The notes beneath the pieces were generated by a model that made no database searches, was not told the origin of the DNA, and worked only from the letters and a program-made list of their open reading frames with translations. Shown piece after piece: positions 37,550 through 53,479 of a stretch of DNA of 64,000 bases. How positions within the stretch are numbered: the first letter of the stretch is position 1; every line of letters begins with the position of its first letter. The translations under genes were made by a program, and so were the position numbers. The stretch is from Octopus sinensis (taxonomy: Eukaryota), in contig NC_042998.1 in the NCBI RefSeq assembly GCF_006345805.1, positions 138,880,001-138,944,000 of the forward strand. Direction: 5' to 3'.

Positions 37550-38820
37550 CGGGCTTTCTCATAGTTTCGTCCACCAAATTCACGCACATCGCACTGGTCG
37601 GCCTGGAGCTTCATGGCCAATGTACCATGAAGTGGGGCTAAAGCCGAAAACACGTGGCTGCAAAGCTATCTCCCTGATCATTCTGCCATATCTGCGCCAA
37701 TATATATTTACTTTATTTCGTTTTTATCATTATTTCTATCATCATAAAGTTATATTTTACATAAACGTTATATATATTGTATTTTTTTTAAGTTTCAGCT
37801 CAGAGCTGCGGCCATGCTGATGCATGTATGTTTCTTTTTTTTTTTTTTTCAACATTCTTCACTTTTTATTTGTTTTATTTAAACATTGTGCGTTTTACAC
37901 TTTAATTTTCAAAACTGTCAATTTTGAAACATTAAATTATTTATACAGAGACACGCGCATATACGTACATATGTACTCTTATTTATATTTATACATACAT
38001 ACACGCATACACACACACACACCTGGAGGAAGGAAAACATTATGGTCGGTTAATTTTGTAATTAAACGTATGGCATTTAAAAAGAGGAGGGTTGCATCAC
38101 AGAGCCTGAGATTCATTATTCTTGATAAGCATTTCGACAGCAGGTTCAAACCCTAATGAAAACGGAAGAGAAAACTATAAAATATTAGCTACATGAAGAC
38201 ATCTTTACCACGGGCCTAATTTCACTAGCGCCACATCCGTTTAAAATATGTGAGTTTTTTTTCTTTTTTACCGCACGCGTACATATTGACAAATTCCTTT
38301 ACATATGAACCTTTAATAATCCAGATTGCTAAAATAACAAACAAAATGAGCTGATATTTACAAAATTCCAAATTAAATTAACTTCAATTCTTTTCCCACA
38401 CGACCCCAAAAAAATTCATTTAAACTGTGCTAATAAAAACATAATTACGTAATAAACATAATCTCTACGCATGGGTAAATACCATGAACAACATATTTAG
38501 ATCTTTCCCAAATAACTTTTTCCCTAAATATTAAATCCTGAATTCCACACCCACAAAATTCGATAGGATGTTACTAAAATAAAAAGTATAACAACGTCCC
38601 CCACCACTACATAAACTGGACACGCCATCGTTTGGCTAAAACAAAATTACATTTTAAATAACATCCTAGAATCTGATTATTCTTCAAAATTAAAATGAGT
38701 GTCTCGTTGTTGTCAATAGGATTTCAATACTATTTAACTATTTAATTATTGTTGCTATTAACTTAAATAACATCTCAATAATTGGAAACAAACATTTATA
38801 TATATATTCATATATATATA

Positions 38821-38964
38821 CTTTATTTAAAGCAGCAGAAAATTCAACAAAATCTGTTGTAACAGATTTTGTTGAATTTTCTGCTGCTTTAAATAAAGCA
38901 TATTACTCTACCACTGGTATTTGAGTACTCTTTTTTCCACCTTGTTTCACATTTATGTTTACTC

Positions 38965-38975
<11 letters not shown>
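38821..38975. repeat. PLE-type terminus with perfect 38-bp palindrome arms (38821-38858 / 38861-38898)
   Basis: 2-nt spacer GT; in (TA)n; partial relative at ~41265-41350. Confidence 0.9.
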
Positions 38976-39010
<35 letters not shown>

Positions 39011-40230
39011 TTATATATATGTATATATATATATATATATATATGAATGTATATAAGTATTTAAAAACACTTTGATTCACCTTCATATGACTTTAAAATT
39101 TCGTGGGTGCGTAAAAGCCGTCTGTCTCATCCGACATTTGAACATCTGATGACACAGGCGTTTTCTTACAAAACTTTGAGTCACGTAAGTTAAATAGTTA
39201 TTTCATACATGCAACTCAAATGAAACGTGTTGAGTGTTACTTTCTTTCATTTGTTTATTCACTCATACATGCATACATGCGCACGTGCAACCATGAGGTC
39301 CAGGATCCGATCCCACTGTGTGGCATATTGAGCGATTTTGAGTTGACCCATATTTTGTAGGATAGACGTAAACTATATAAAAACCTGTAATTCACAACGT
39401 AAAGCCCTGTCATACAGACTCTGCCTAAGAAACACGTCAAAATTACGCCTATGTATCATAATTCAAGGTTCAGTTCAGTCGAATAACTGAATACTCGATC
39501 AAAACAGATCGAGAACCAGCCATATACCTTACAATAAAAAATTTTAGATTTATTAAAAGTTTTTAATATTATACTACATCCAGAGGACGGATCATAATTG
39601 CTCGTGACTGACAAAACGAACTAAGCTCAAAATTCAAGTATTCTCCGAAACTGACATACCTTCAAGGAAAGGCAGGCTTATTGCCTGGAGATAGTAGAAC
39701 CGTCGTGGACACATGTTTCTGGCTCAATAGCTTTCTTCAGAACTGGAATCATCCGAGCTAATCTCCAGTAACCAAAGGACTTAGACTTATCAAAACAAAG
39801 TAGAAAACAGTAATGCTCTTGGTAAATTGCGTAATTTGTAAAAACATGAGTCAAAGGAAATAAATTAAAGTGACAAATGGCATGCACCTGTAAAGCTTAT
39901 ACAAATAGGAATAAGTTAAATACATTGCAACAATAAGCCTGTCCCTTTCTTTATTGGTATATAAATTTTAGAGAAAATTCTTAACTTTTCATATTATCTC
40001 CCCTTTTCGATTGAATCTGGTCATAATTGCCATTTAGTAACTTTGATACACCCTCTAGAGAATAATTTTAATAAATCAATAATTTTTACTGCAAGATATT
40101 TAACGTACTAGTATTTGTCTAAGTTAACCATGTCCATAGCACTGCCCTCTTCCCACTGCCCTTTATTTCTCTTGGCACCGCGTGTGTACTGTTGGCGATT
40201 TTTTCCTTCGTCTTCCCTTCTTTGGATCTT

Positions 40231-40375
40231 TCCTTTTCCTATGTTTCTGACGAAGAGCTCCGCTCGAAACGTTAAAACCCTCCTTCTTTCCTGAGCGTCC
40301 AATAACACTATACTTGTTCCACGTCCTCGCGTTGTTGTGTTTTCAATTTTGGATTAACTTTATATATATGGATTA

Positions 40376-40417
<42 letters not shown>

Positions 40418-40543
40418 TAATCCAAAATTGAAAACACAACAACGCGAGGACGTGGAACAAGTATAGTGTTATTGGACGCTCAGGAAAGAAGGAGGGTTTT
40501 AACGTTTCGAGCGGAGTTCTTAGCCAGAAACATAGGAAAAGGA
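40231..40543. repeat. Tail-to-tail inverted PLE termini around (TA)n; left arm has HHR core CTGACGA
   Basis: Arms ~40231-40361 and ~40413-40543; CTGACGA-A-GAGC-TCC-GCTC-GAAA-CG-TT at 40247-40273. Confidence 0.85.
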
Positions 40544-40755
40544 CAGAAAACAGACAGAAATGGAATTCCTTTGAATAATATATATCCCTCTATACACAAT
40601 CATACAAACCCCTTATATATATATATATATATGAATAAAAATGGAGTTAACGCAGGTGTAATCAAATATTTTTACTTTCGACACATTTGCTGCCCTGGTA
40701 ACTATTTATTTATTTTTTCCGTGTTAATTGTTAACAAGGTAAAAATACACTCATC

Positions 40756-40828
<73 letters not shown>

Positions 40829-40928
40829 ATATATATATATTATATATATATATAATATATATATGTATGTATGTATGTATATATATATAAAGGGGTTTAT
40901 ATGATTGTGTATAGAGGGATATATATTA

Positions 40929-41142
40929 TTCAAAGGAATTCCATTTCTGTCTGTTTTTTGTGTTTTATTTATATTCTTTATAATATTTAATGTAGAATAT
41001 AGAATATATAGTATAAATAGTATATATAGTATATATATACTATACACTATATATACTATTTATACTATATATTCTATAGTCTACATTAATATTATAAAGA
41101 ATATAAATAAAACATAAAAAACAGAGTTGGAATTCCTTTGAA
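40929..41142. repeat. AT-rich ~100-bp-arm foldback nested with another inverted duplication (40545-40625 / 40880-40960)
   Basis: Direct reading of complementary arms. Confidence 0.8.
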
Positions 41143-41144
41143 CA

Positions 41145-41204
<60 letters not shown>

Positions 41205-41634
41205 TATATATTATATATATATATATAAACAAAACTGCCCGACGAACGGGAACGTGAAAGTGCTTTTTAATAAACCATATTACTCTACCTCTGGTATTCG
41301 AGTACTATTTTTTTTCCATCTTGTTTCACATTTATGTGCTTACTCCGGTATATGTGTGTATATATATTTATATATAAGGAGGTGTGAGATGTGAAAATAG
41401 ATTTATTTTTTCTTATCAGTTCCATATGATTACAACGATTTCGTAACTTTCTTCGTGTACTGTTATTAATTTTTTTGCACGCAAAATTATATTTACATTG
41501 TTTTCATCAATATGTGTTGAGCGCTGTACAACTGTATATTCCCAAATTAACACAAATAAAGAAAAGTAATTCAACAGGTTGCCGGAACTTCATGGTCACA
41601 TCTACCATTCAGCTATATATATATATATACTTAC

Positions 41635-41659
<25 letters not shown>

Positions 41660-41671
<12 letters not shown>

Positions 41672-42120
41672 ACTTGTTTCAATCATTTGACTGGAACTAG
41701 GATGCCTTCTAGAAGGCTTTCGTCAATCAAATCGTCCAGAGTACTTCTTTCTTTCCTTTTTAGGCACCTATTCTATTCTATAGGTACCTGTTATATAGGC
41801 ATGTCAGGTACTTATTCTATAGGCATGTTTTGCCGAACTGCTGAACTGCGATCTTGTAAACGAACCAGCACTAGTTGCAATGCGATGGAAGACGAACATA
41901 CACGTGTACCCACACATGCACACACACACATATATGTCTACACATATATACACACAGGCACACACGACAGGCTTCTTTCAGTTTATGTCTACCAAATATA
42001 CGCATAAAGCTTTTGGTTGCTACGTGGCTATAGTAAAAGGCACTTGCCTAAAGTGCAATGCAGTGGAATTGAACCCGAAACCACATGGTTGGGGAGCAAA
42101 CACCTTACCACACAACCATA
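41660..42120 (-). mobile_element. Diverged tRNA-derived SINE
   Basis: Reverse-complement similarity to 1916-2345. Confidence 0.7.
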
Positions 42121-42509
42121 TATTGCAGTCTCTATAGATATTTATATTAACTAATATTAAGACAGGGATAATTATTATCATTATAATTATTATTGAGTGA
42201 TAGAGAAGTGCATGCCATCAAAGTGACACTGGGGTAAAATATACGAAGCTCAATACTGCCATCATGACTACCCGACTGATAAGGGTACACCAGGCACATG
42301 CATCATAACCACATGTGCGCGACACGGTGATCTTACATGAAGATAAACAGCGTATTACCATACCGGTGGGGCCCAGTTAGAATTTTCTTCAGGTCGAGTA
42401 GCTCATCCCGCTCAAAAGGTCACAATTTCTAGCCTTGTGCCTATAGTAGAAAGGACTCTTGTTATTATCAGCAGCAGCAGCAGCAGTAGCAGTAGTAGTG
42501 GTGGTGGTG

Positions 42510-42540
<31 letters not shown>

Positions 42541-42599
42541 GAGGAGGAGGAGGAGGAGGAGGAGGAGGGGGAGGGGGAAGGGGAGGGGGAGAGGTGTAA

Positions 42600-43040
42600 G
42601 ATGGCCAGCTGGCAGAATCGTTAGCGCACCAGGAAAAATGCTTAGCAGTATTTCCTACATCTTTACGTTCTGAGTTCAAATTCCGTCAAGGTCAACTTTG
42701 CCTCTCATCCTTTCGGGAGTCGATAAATCAAGTACCAGTGAAACACTGGGGGCGATGTAATCGACTAGTCCCCCCCCCCCACCAAATTTCAGGCCTTGTG
42801 CTTTTAGTAGAAAGGAAAGGCAGCGAGCTGGCAGAATCTTTAGCAAGCTGGACGAAATGCTTAGTGGGATTTCGCCCGTCGCTACGTTCTGAGTTCCAAT
42901 TCCACCGAGGTCGACTTTGCAGTTCATCCTTTCGGGGTCCATAAATTAAGTACCAGTGAAACACTGGGGTCGATGTAATCGACTAATCCCCCCACGATGA
43001 CGACGACCACCACCAAATTTCAGGCCTTGTTCCTTTAGTA
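42600..43040 (+). mobile_element. Two tandem CORE-type SINE copies
   Basis: Heads at ~42602 and ~42820, each with TTTCATCC..GATAAAT..AAGTACCAG core. Confidence 0.85.
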
Positions 43041-43151
43041 GAAAAGATTATTATAATATAAAAACAGATAATTTAAAAACATAAAGTTTTGTAGGATCCT
43101 TTAACAAGCCAACGAAACTTTAAGTTGCATGCGACCAAATCAAACTTTTTA

Positions 43152-43207
<56 letters not shown>

Positions 43208-43384
43208 CAATAATAATAATATATGTAACTCCTACTAAATGTGTTGAGTGCCTCTTTCATTCGGTTTCCCTACACATTACAAACATACATACATTCATAT
43301 ATTACACACATTACTCATTACATACCTTTACACATACATAGATGTCACCAGTCACCATTTGATAAAAGAAGTTGGTTTGTTTTT

Positions 43385-43700
43385 TAAAAGACTCCGCCGG
43401 TTACGACGACGAGGGTCCCAGCTGATACGATCAACGGAACAGCTTGCTCGTGAAATTAACGTGTAAATGGCTAAGCATTCCACAGACACGTGTACCCTTA
43501 ACGTAGTTCTCGGGGATAATCAGCGTGACACAGAGAGTGACAAGGCTGACCCTTTGAAATACAAGTACAACTCATTTTTGCCAGCTGAGTGGACTGGAGC
43601 AACGTGAAATAAAGTGTCTTGCTCAAGGACACAACGCGTCGCCGGGAATCGAACTCACAACCTTACGATCATGAGCCGAATACCCTAACCACTAAGCCCT
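43385..43700 (-). mobile_element. tRNA-derived SINE, third family
   Basis: Minus-strand head GGCTTAGTGGTTAGGG..GAGTTCGATTCCCGG; TCCACTCAGCTGGCAAAAATGAGT core. Confidence 0.8.
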
Positions 43701-43888
43701 CACGTTGGTTTGTTTAACGTCCCCGTGAATTAATAGTCCTACAGAAAAGACCAACAGAATAAGTACCAGACTTTAAAAAATAAGTACTGGGATCGATTTG
43801 TTCGACTAAACCCTTCAAAGCGGTACCTCAGCAACGCCAGAGTCCAATCACTGAAACAAGAAAAAGATTAAAGGGGTATAGATACACA

Positions 43889-43966
<78 letters not shown>

Positions 43967-44211
43967 ATGTAGATACGCATGCATATATGAATATATACAT
44001 ACACATTTCTTTGTTAGAAAAAGAATGCTACTAGATATAAAGCTAAATATAAAGAAGAGAAAAGACACACTCATGCATGCATACGTACATACAGTTGTGC
44101 TTTTGTTCAAGTAATATGAAATATTAAAAAAAAATTGCTATCTTTTTATCAAAATTATATGGCTATGTATGACGATAAAGCGACGCAGTTGTTTATCCTC
44201 TATGAGTATTT

Positions 44212-44454
44212 CTAGCCCACTGTTCCTTCCAAGTTATCAATGGCTTCTCGTAAATGATCGATCATGTTAGTGATTTCAATGATGCGATCACGATTCCGTT
44301 GGACTTCTTCTTCGTCGTGGATTCGCTTAAGCAAATTCTTTATCCACAACTTAATTCGTTGGGACATTTTGTCTTCTTCGTGGTCGATCTTTAGTAAGTG
44401 AGCCTCGTGGGATGTCGTCACCGCATTCACCAGCGTATCTTTATCCATAAATAA
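44212..44454 (-). CDS. DRC3: Dynein regulatory complex subunit 3 (LRRC48), last coding exon
   Basis: Acceptor ttctaccttacAG; LFMDKDTLVNAVTTSHEAHLLKIDHEED..RIHDEEEVQRNRDRIIEIT..IDHLR matches the recalled DRC3 C-terminus LFVDKDTIVNAVGASHDIHLLKIDNRED. Confidence 0.9.
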   Translation of the reverse strand, partial: LFMDKDTLVNAVTTSHEAHLLKIDHEEDKMSQRIKLWIKNLLKRIHDEEEVQRNRDRIIEITNMIDHLREAIDNLEGTVG

Positions 44455-44659
44455 CTGTAAGGTAGAAAGGAATAAATATTAGTAAATGAGACAGTGATAT
44501 ACATACATACATGTATGTGTGTGTGTGTGTGAAGATAACTATGGACAACTGCTTCAAAACCTCCGGTTTCTTTAACTGGATTACAAATTTACAAGCAAGA
44601 GAAACACCTTTTACTTATCAACAGAGCGTTATTCACGCAGAATTTCGCTAGTACGATCA

Positions 44660-48420
<3,761 letters not shown>

Positions 48421-48529
48421 ATACTCTCCTGGAATAAATATAGATAATCTTCCTGTAATTGAAAACACAAGGAATATTAGTGGAACATTCTACCAAATTA
48501 AAAGAGAAAGTTAAAGAGATTAATCATAC

Positions 48530-48721
48530 ATTTCTTAAATCTTCTGACACATCCTCAACCTCGTTCTTGTGTGCGGTTTCTACGTTTATCAATGCAACTT
48601 CCATCACTTTCTCGTGGTGCTGACTTTCAAGGTCCCGGCAGTTAGCTAGAAGACCCTGGAAGCCTTCAGTAAATGCCGAAACAAGATCGCGAAGATTGTG
48701 TTCAAATTCTTTAATTACATC
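48530..48721 (-). CDS. DRC3: DRC3 penultimate coding exon
   Basis: AG|GAT..AAT|GTATGA, 192 nt, phase 0/0; DVIKEFEHNLRDLVSAFTEGFQGLLANCRDLESQHHEKVMEVA..EDLRN joins in frame to LFMDKD. Confidence 0.9.
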
Positions 48722-49319
48722 CTTAAATAAATGAAAAATAAAAAATAATAAATCCAATTTTAAATATTTTAATTTGATGAAGTGATTAACGTAAAGGTTA
48801 GTGAACCTGGCTACCAACCTAAATGCGTTATTGCCTCTTGTTGGTTATCTCACACTTCTATTTAAATACCATTACATCAAGGGGTTCTTTAAACTCAGAG
48901 AAGGAAGGATAACATCTATGTGACAAGCCCTTTTGACTCTTTTTAAAGCATTCATGATGTTTTAAGTAATAGTGAGATAAGGTTGTTGCGAAATAAATAC
49001 CCCTAATGGAACCCAAAGACCAGGGGATGGTATCAAACTGTTTGACAGATAAAATTTGTCCTCTAAGAATACTCGTCCATTTTGAAATTTTTTGATCTTA
49101 TAATTTTTGCTTAACCCATCTTTGTAATAATCGACGATTACAAATGATTGCCGTAAAAAAAGTCATCAGTCTGTGAAGCCTAATATTTCGTAAAAAGTGT
49201 TATGCTTTTAGCTGTGTGACTTACTTCATGAGTAATGAAAATGTAGTGTTACTTTTTTCACAAGTATAATGTCTGACTTCTTGAATCAAAAACAGAGAAG
49301 ATTTTCTCAATGTTCAAGC

Positions 49320-49680
49320 ATATTTGGCCTCTGTGATTGATTGTCAGTGAAAATTACCTGTGTGCCAAAGGTTGAGAAGACGTATACAGTAGTGAAATCT
49401 TGTTTTCGTATATATTCACTGCTTTCTTTCAAGGAATCTAGTGCTCTTAGCTTAGATTTTCGTTGGGGCTGGCCAGATTGGAGCAGTTTCGAGTATAACC
49501 AACCGAAACTGCAAATCCATTCTGGAACTCGACTGACGAAAGAAAACTCCGAATGATCCGTCCTTGTTTTTTCTCGTCCCTTTTTCTTATCATCTAACTG
49601 TCTGGATGTTTTGTTGTCCCTTTTTTGTGTCATCTAACTGTCTGGATATTTCGCGTTCTTGTCCTCTTTTTGTATCCTTA
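49320..49680 (+). mobile_element. PLE-type terminus (family C)
   Basis: Homologous to 54435-54720, 62587-62860 and 63396-63580; ends in (TA)n. Confidence 0.75.
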
Positions 49681-49683
49681 TAT

Positions 49684-49755
<72 letters not shown>

Positions 49756-49984
49756 ATATATTATTTATTTATTTATTTATTTATATATATATATACGTAC
49801 AATAAAATAACCGATATCCAGTTTCTCGATATCAGACACACTTTTGAAACTATTAATAAAACAATTTTTTTTAACTCGCCATTTGAGCACTTACCCAATT
49901 GACTGACTGCACGTACAAAAAGTTGCTTACTGCAGCTTATTAAGTTTTCTCTGAGTTGGTTCAAGTAATGTAGACACCTTTGGT

Positions 49985-50165
49985 GGGAATCCAATAAGTG
50001 TCGAAAATCGATTAAGAGTGTTCGTCATTATTTTTTCAACCCCGAAAGAATGAAAGGCAAAGTCGACCTCGGCGAAATTTGAACTCAGAACATGAAGACG
50101 GACGAAATGTAGTAAAAGCATTTCTACCGGCGTGCTGACGATTCTCCTCGCTCGCCACCTTAATG
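49985..50165 (-). mobile_element. CORE-type SINE
   Basis: Reverse complement of 9071-type head and core. Confidence 0.8.
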
Positions 50166-51439
50166 CTTTTTCAAATATTAATAATGAATTCACTTCACAG
50201 TTTATTAATGGCTTTTACAGGTGACCTCAGTAAACTTGCCATGTATGTGATATATATGTTTTGCTAAAAAGCAAAGACAAGACATTCTAGACTTTGTTTA
50301 GAGAGTTCATCGCGCCTACTTTGTGATGTAATATCAATATAAAAGTCAGGTAGCAGCTTTGACAAATTGGAGTTATAGTCAGAAGAGAACAGTTTATCAT
50401 TATAGTTGTTGTTATTGATTAGAATCTTTGTAATTGTCTTGGTGAGCAGATCTATAATCAAAGACATTCCAGCTATGACTATCTCACCCATTACAGTAGT
50501 CTATTAATAACAAGGACAACTGTTAAGCAATAACACTTTAGATTTTAAAAAATAAAGATTGTTACTGTTACACAGGCCAGATTACAAAATAGAAAGCTGA
50601 GATTCGTCGTCTCTCTCCATTGCACCAATCACAGGCCGTCTTAAGTTCGAATACCCTTGTATATGCTTTTTGCTATTTTATGCTTGTTTTGTAGTTCCTA
50701 GACTTGAAAATAATATTTATTATTAATATTTTAATGGATTTAATGAAAAATTTTAGGCGTTAACATATATATATATATATATATATTTAAAATCCGCGAT
50801 AGTTGAACCGCGAAGTAGCGAGGGATCGCTGTAGTGCATATTCAGGAAATAAATTTTTAGTGCATTAAAAGCTTATGGAAGGCCTAACTTTGCATATAGA
50901 ACCGGGGAAATTTTTGGAGACTTTTTTTTTTTTTTGTAAAATGGGCCTTAGATACAAATACGGCATTTTGTTTGGGGTTGTTATAATATGCGGTTGCTTT
51001 ACTTATTTTCTCTTCTCGACTGTTTTCACATCAATCTTGAAGTTGTTAGCGAGATATGAAGAGAAGATATCAGGGGAAATAAAATGTCGATATTACGGCA
51101 GATTAACCCTCGATATATTTACCCTAAAACAATGAATTATGAGTCTCCATACACACACACAAACACACACACGCACACGCGCAACAGATACATATAAGTG
51201 CATGCACATAGGTGTGTTTACGTGAAAGCGCACGGCCTAATGGTAAGGGTGTTCCGTCTATGACCCTACGAAAATCGAGGTTTCAGTTCCTGAACCGGGT
51301 GGCACGGTGTGTCTTCTGTTCAGCTATAATAAGTACCTGTCAGGTGCTGTTGCAGCCCTCTCTAACTCCACCTGTCACATCCTGAATCTCCCGAGAGAAT
51401 GTGTATGGCTGTTCGCCAATAGAAAAACACCTAAAAATA

Positions 51440-51655
51440 TTGGTTTCAAATTTTGACTCCCGGCCAGAAATTTTGGAAGTGGGTAAGTCGATTACATCGA
51501 ACCCCGTGCTCAACTGGTACTCATTTTATCCACCACGAAAGGATGAAAGGCAAAGTCAACGTCGGCGGGATTTGAACTCAGAACGTAAAGACAGATGTAA
51601 TGCCGCTAAGCAGTTTGCCTGGCGTGTTAACAATTCAGCCAGCTCGCCGCCTTAC
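51440..51655 (-). mobile_element. CORE-type SINE
   Basis: Reverse complement of 9071-type head and core. Confidence 0.8.
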
Positions 51656-51714
51656 AAACACCTAAAATATTGGCAGATGCTACAGAGCCGTACTCGCTGG
51701 TAAGTGGCAACTGG

Positions 51715-52135
51715 GGATCTTTACGGTTTGAACGGCAGTTTTTTCTAGCAGTGTCATATAAAATTGTCACCCATAATTATGACCCTAGTATCGATCTATT
51801 GCATTTCAATCTGTTTTACGGTTAGGGTTAGGGGTGGGGGGAAGGGTATCTTTTTTTCTTCACAAATGTAAATAAACCCAATCTGTTTCTTAAACGACGA
51901 ACATATTCATACAGCACAGAATGTTTTTTTTACCTCAATAGACGTCATTGATTGGTTGAAATTGCAGAAATTGAAGAAAAAACAACAACAAATATCTTAC
52001 AAACTATAGAATTTTCTCAATAAAGCCAAGAGAAAAAGATGTTTTATAAACACATTCTACCAGTATACGAAGTTTAAAAGTGTTTAGTTACGTGGAAATT
52101 ATTTTTAAAAACTGCCGTTCAAACCGAAAAGATCC
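51715..52135. mobile_element. MITE with 29-bp TIR and 7-bp TSD
   Basis: GGATCTTT(A/T)CGGTTTGAACGGCAGTTTTT at both ends; CAACTGG at 51708-51714 and 52136-52142; internal GGTTAGGGTTAGGG. Confidence 0.9.
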
Positions 52136-52695
52136 CAACTGGCTGTACTCTGTGTGTGAACCTGACAGCGTGACTCTTTATAATACAGATTCGAGTCCCA
52201 GGAAATGACTATGTTTATGAACCGGAACCGGAACCTGTTAAGGTTATAGATTATTATCTATAAACTTAACAATTTACTTAGGCCGAACCGAATGGGTTAG
52301 AGATTTAGATCGGCTTAAGGAGTCTGCAGAACTTTTGGGAGAACAAGTTGTTGAGATTCAGAACAGCTTTTCCCTGGCATAGAAAGCGTAAAAGACAATA
52401 GAATGATTATGCTTTGGGAAACACTAACCGAGCTTGATAAAATAAAAGCTGTTTTTTTAAAACTAATTTACTTCCTTATTAGTAGCTAAAAATGACGAAA
52501 TAAAATTTTCTCAAAAAATCGAACATTCACTTATTCACTCGTTGTATTTTCTTTTTGTTTTTTCCTTCCTTGATGAGTCAGGGTATTAAGTGGGATAACA
52601 AAAGCAAATGCAGTATTTACGAAGTTCATTCTTTGAGAGTCACGTAGTCTTATACTAAAGCTCCGGGGTGACGAATGCCTTTATGTGTGTGTGTG

Positions 52696-52894
52696 TGTAA
52701 ATATAATATATGACAATTATTCGGTAGCCATGATAAAACTCCGAGTTTCGGATGTCGGGGCGGGAACCCACGCCAGCATCTCTTCGGTTATTGAGCCGGG
52801 CCGAATACTGAAGAGATGCCGGCCTGGGTTTCCGCCCCGACATACGAAACTCGGAGTTTTATCATGGCTACCGAATAATCGTCACATATTTACA
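52696..52894. ncRNA. Inverted pair of type I hammerhead motifs forming a ~85-bp hairpin
   Basis: Plus copy CTGAAGA 52808-52814, GAAA 52846, ACTC-G-GAGT, GUU; minus copy CCGAAGA 52787-52781 with GATG/CATC stem II. Confidence 0.7.
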
Positions 52895-53479
52895 GATAAA
52901 TTCCTCTATTTACATAATATCAAGGTGTCTTTCATTCTTTTGTTGTCTTGCCATTTCTATCAATATATATATATATATAATATATATAATATATATATAT
53001 ATAAAGTTAATCCAAACAAGAAAGCACAAAAAAACACAACGCGAGGACGTGGAACAAATATAGTATTATTGGACGCTCAGGAAAGAAGGAATATGTATGT
53101 ATGTATGTATGTATGTATTATGTATGTATGTATGTATTATGTATGTATATATTATGTATGTATGTATGTATGTATGTATGTATGTATGTATGTATGTATG
53201 TATGCATATATTCTTTTACTTATTTCAGTCATTAGACTGCGGCCATAGCACCACCTTGAGGAATTTTAGTCGAATGAAACGACTCCAACACTGTTATTTT
53301 TTAAGCCTGGTACTTATTCTATCGTTCACTTTTGCCGAACCGGTATACTACGGGTACGTAAACACACCGGTTGTCAAGCAGTGACGGTGGGACAAACACG
53401 GACACAAACACACACACACAAACACATACATACATACATACATACATACATACATACATACACACATATATATATTTAG

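Noticed and set aside
39705-39745. Minus-strand CTGAAGA..GAAACATGT hammerhead-like motif
   Set aside because: G at the cleavage position, 3-bp stem II and no stem I; at best a dead copy.
42190-42420. Repeat after an ATT-rich tract, considered as an HDV-like ribozyme of a LINE 5' UTR
   Set aside because: I could not build the nested double pseudoknot by eye; it needs an RNArobo or Infernal search.
49893-49980. Minus-strand RCLHYLNQLRENLISCSKQL ending at a strong GTAAGT donor, vaguely like the preceding DRC3 segment
   Set aside because: Phase 1 donor cannot join the phase 0 exon at 48721, the LEMQLV motif is absent, and the acceptor would lie in a SINE tail.
50264-50503. Minus-strand ~75-codon ORF after a possible acceptor
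   Set aside because: No recognisable similarity, and it ends in a stop inside the DRC3 locus.
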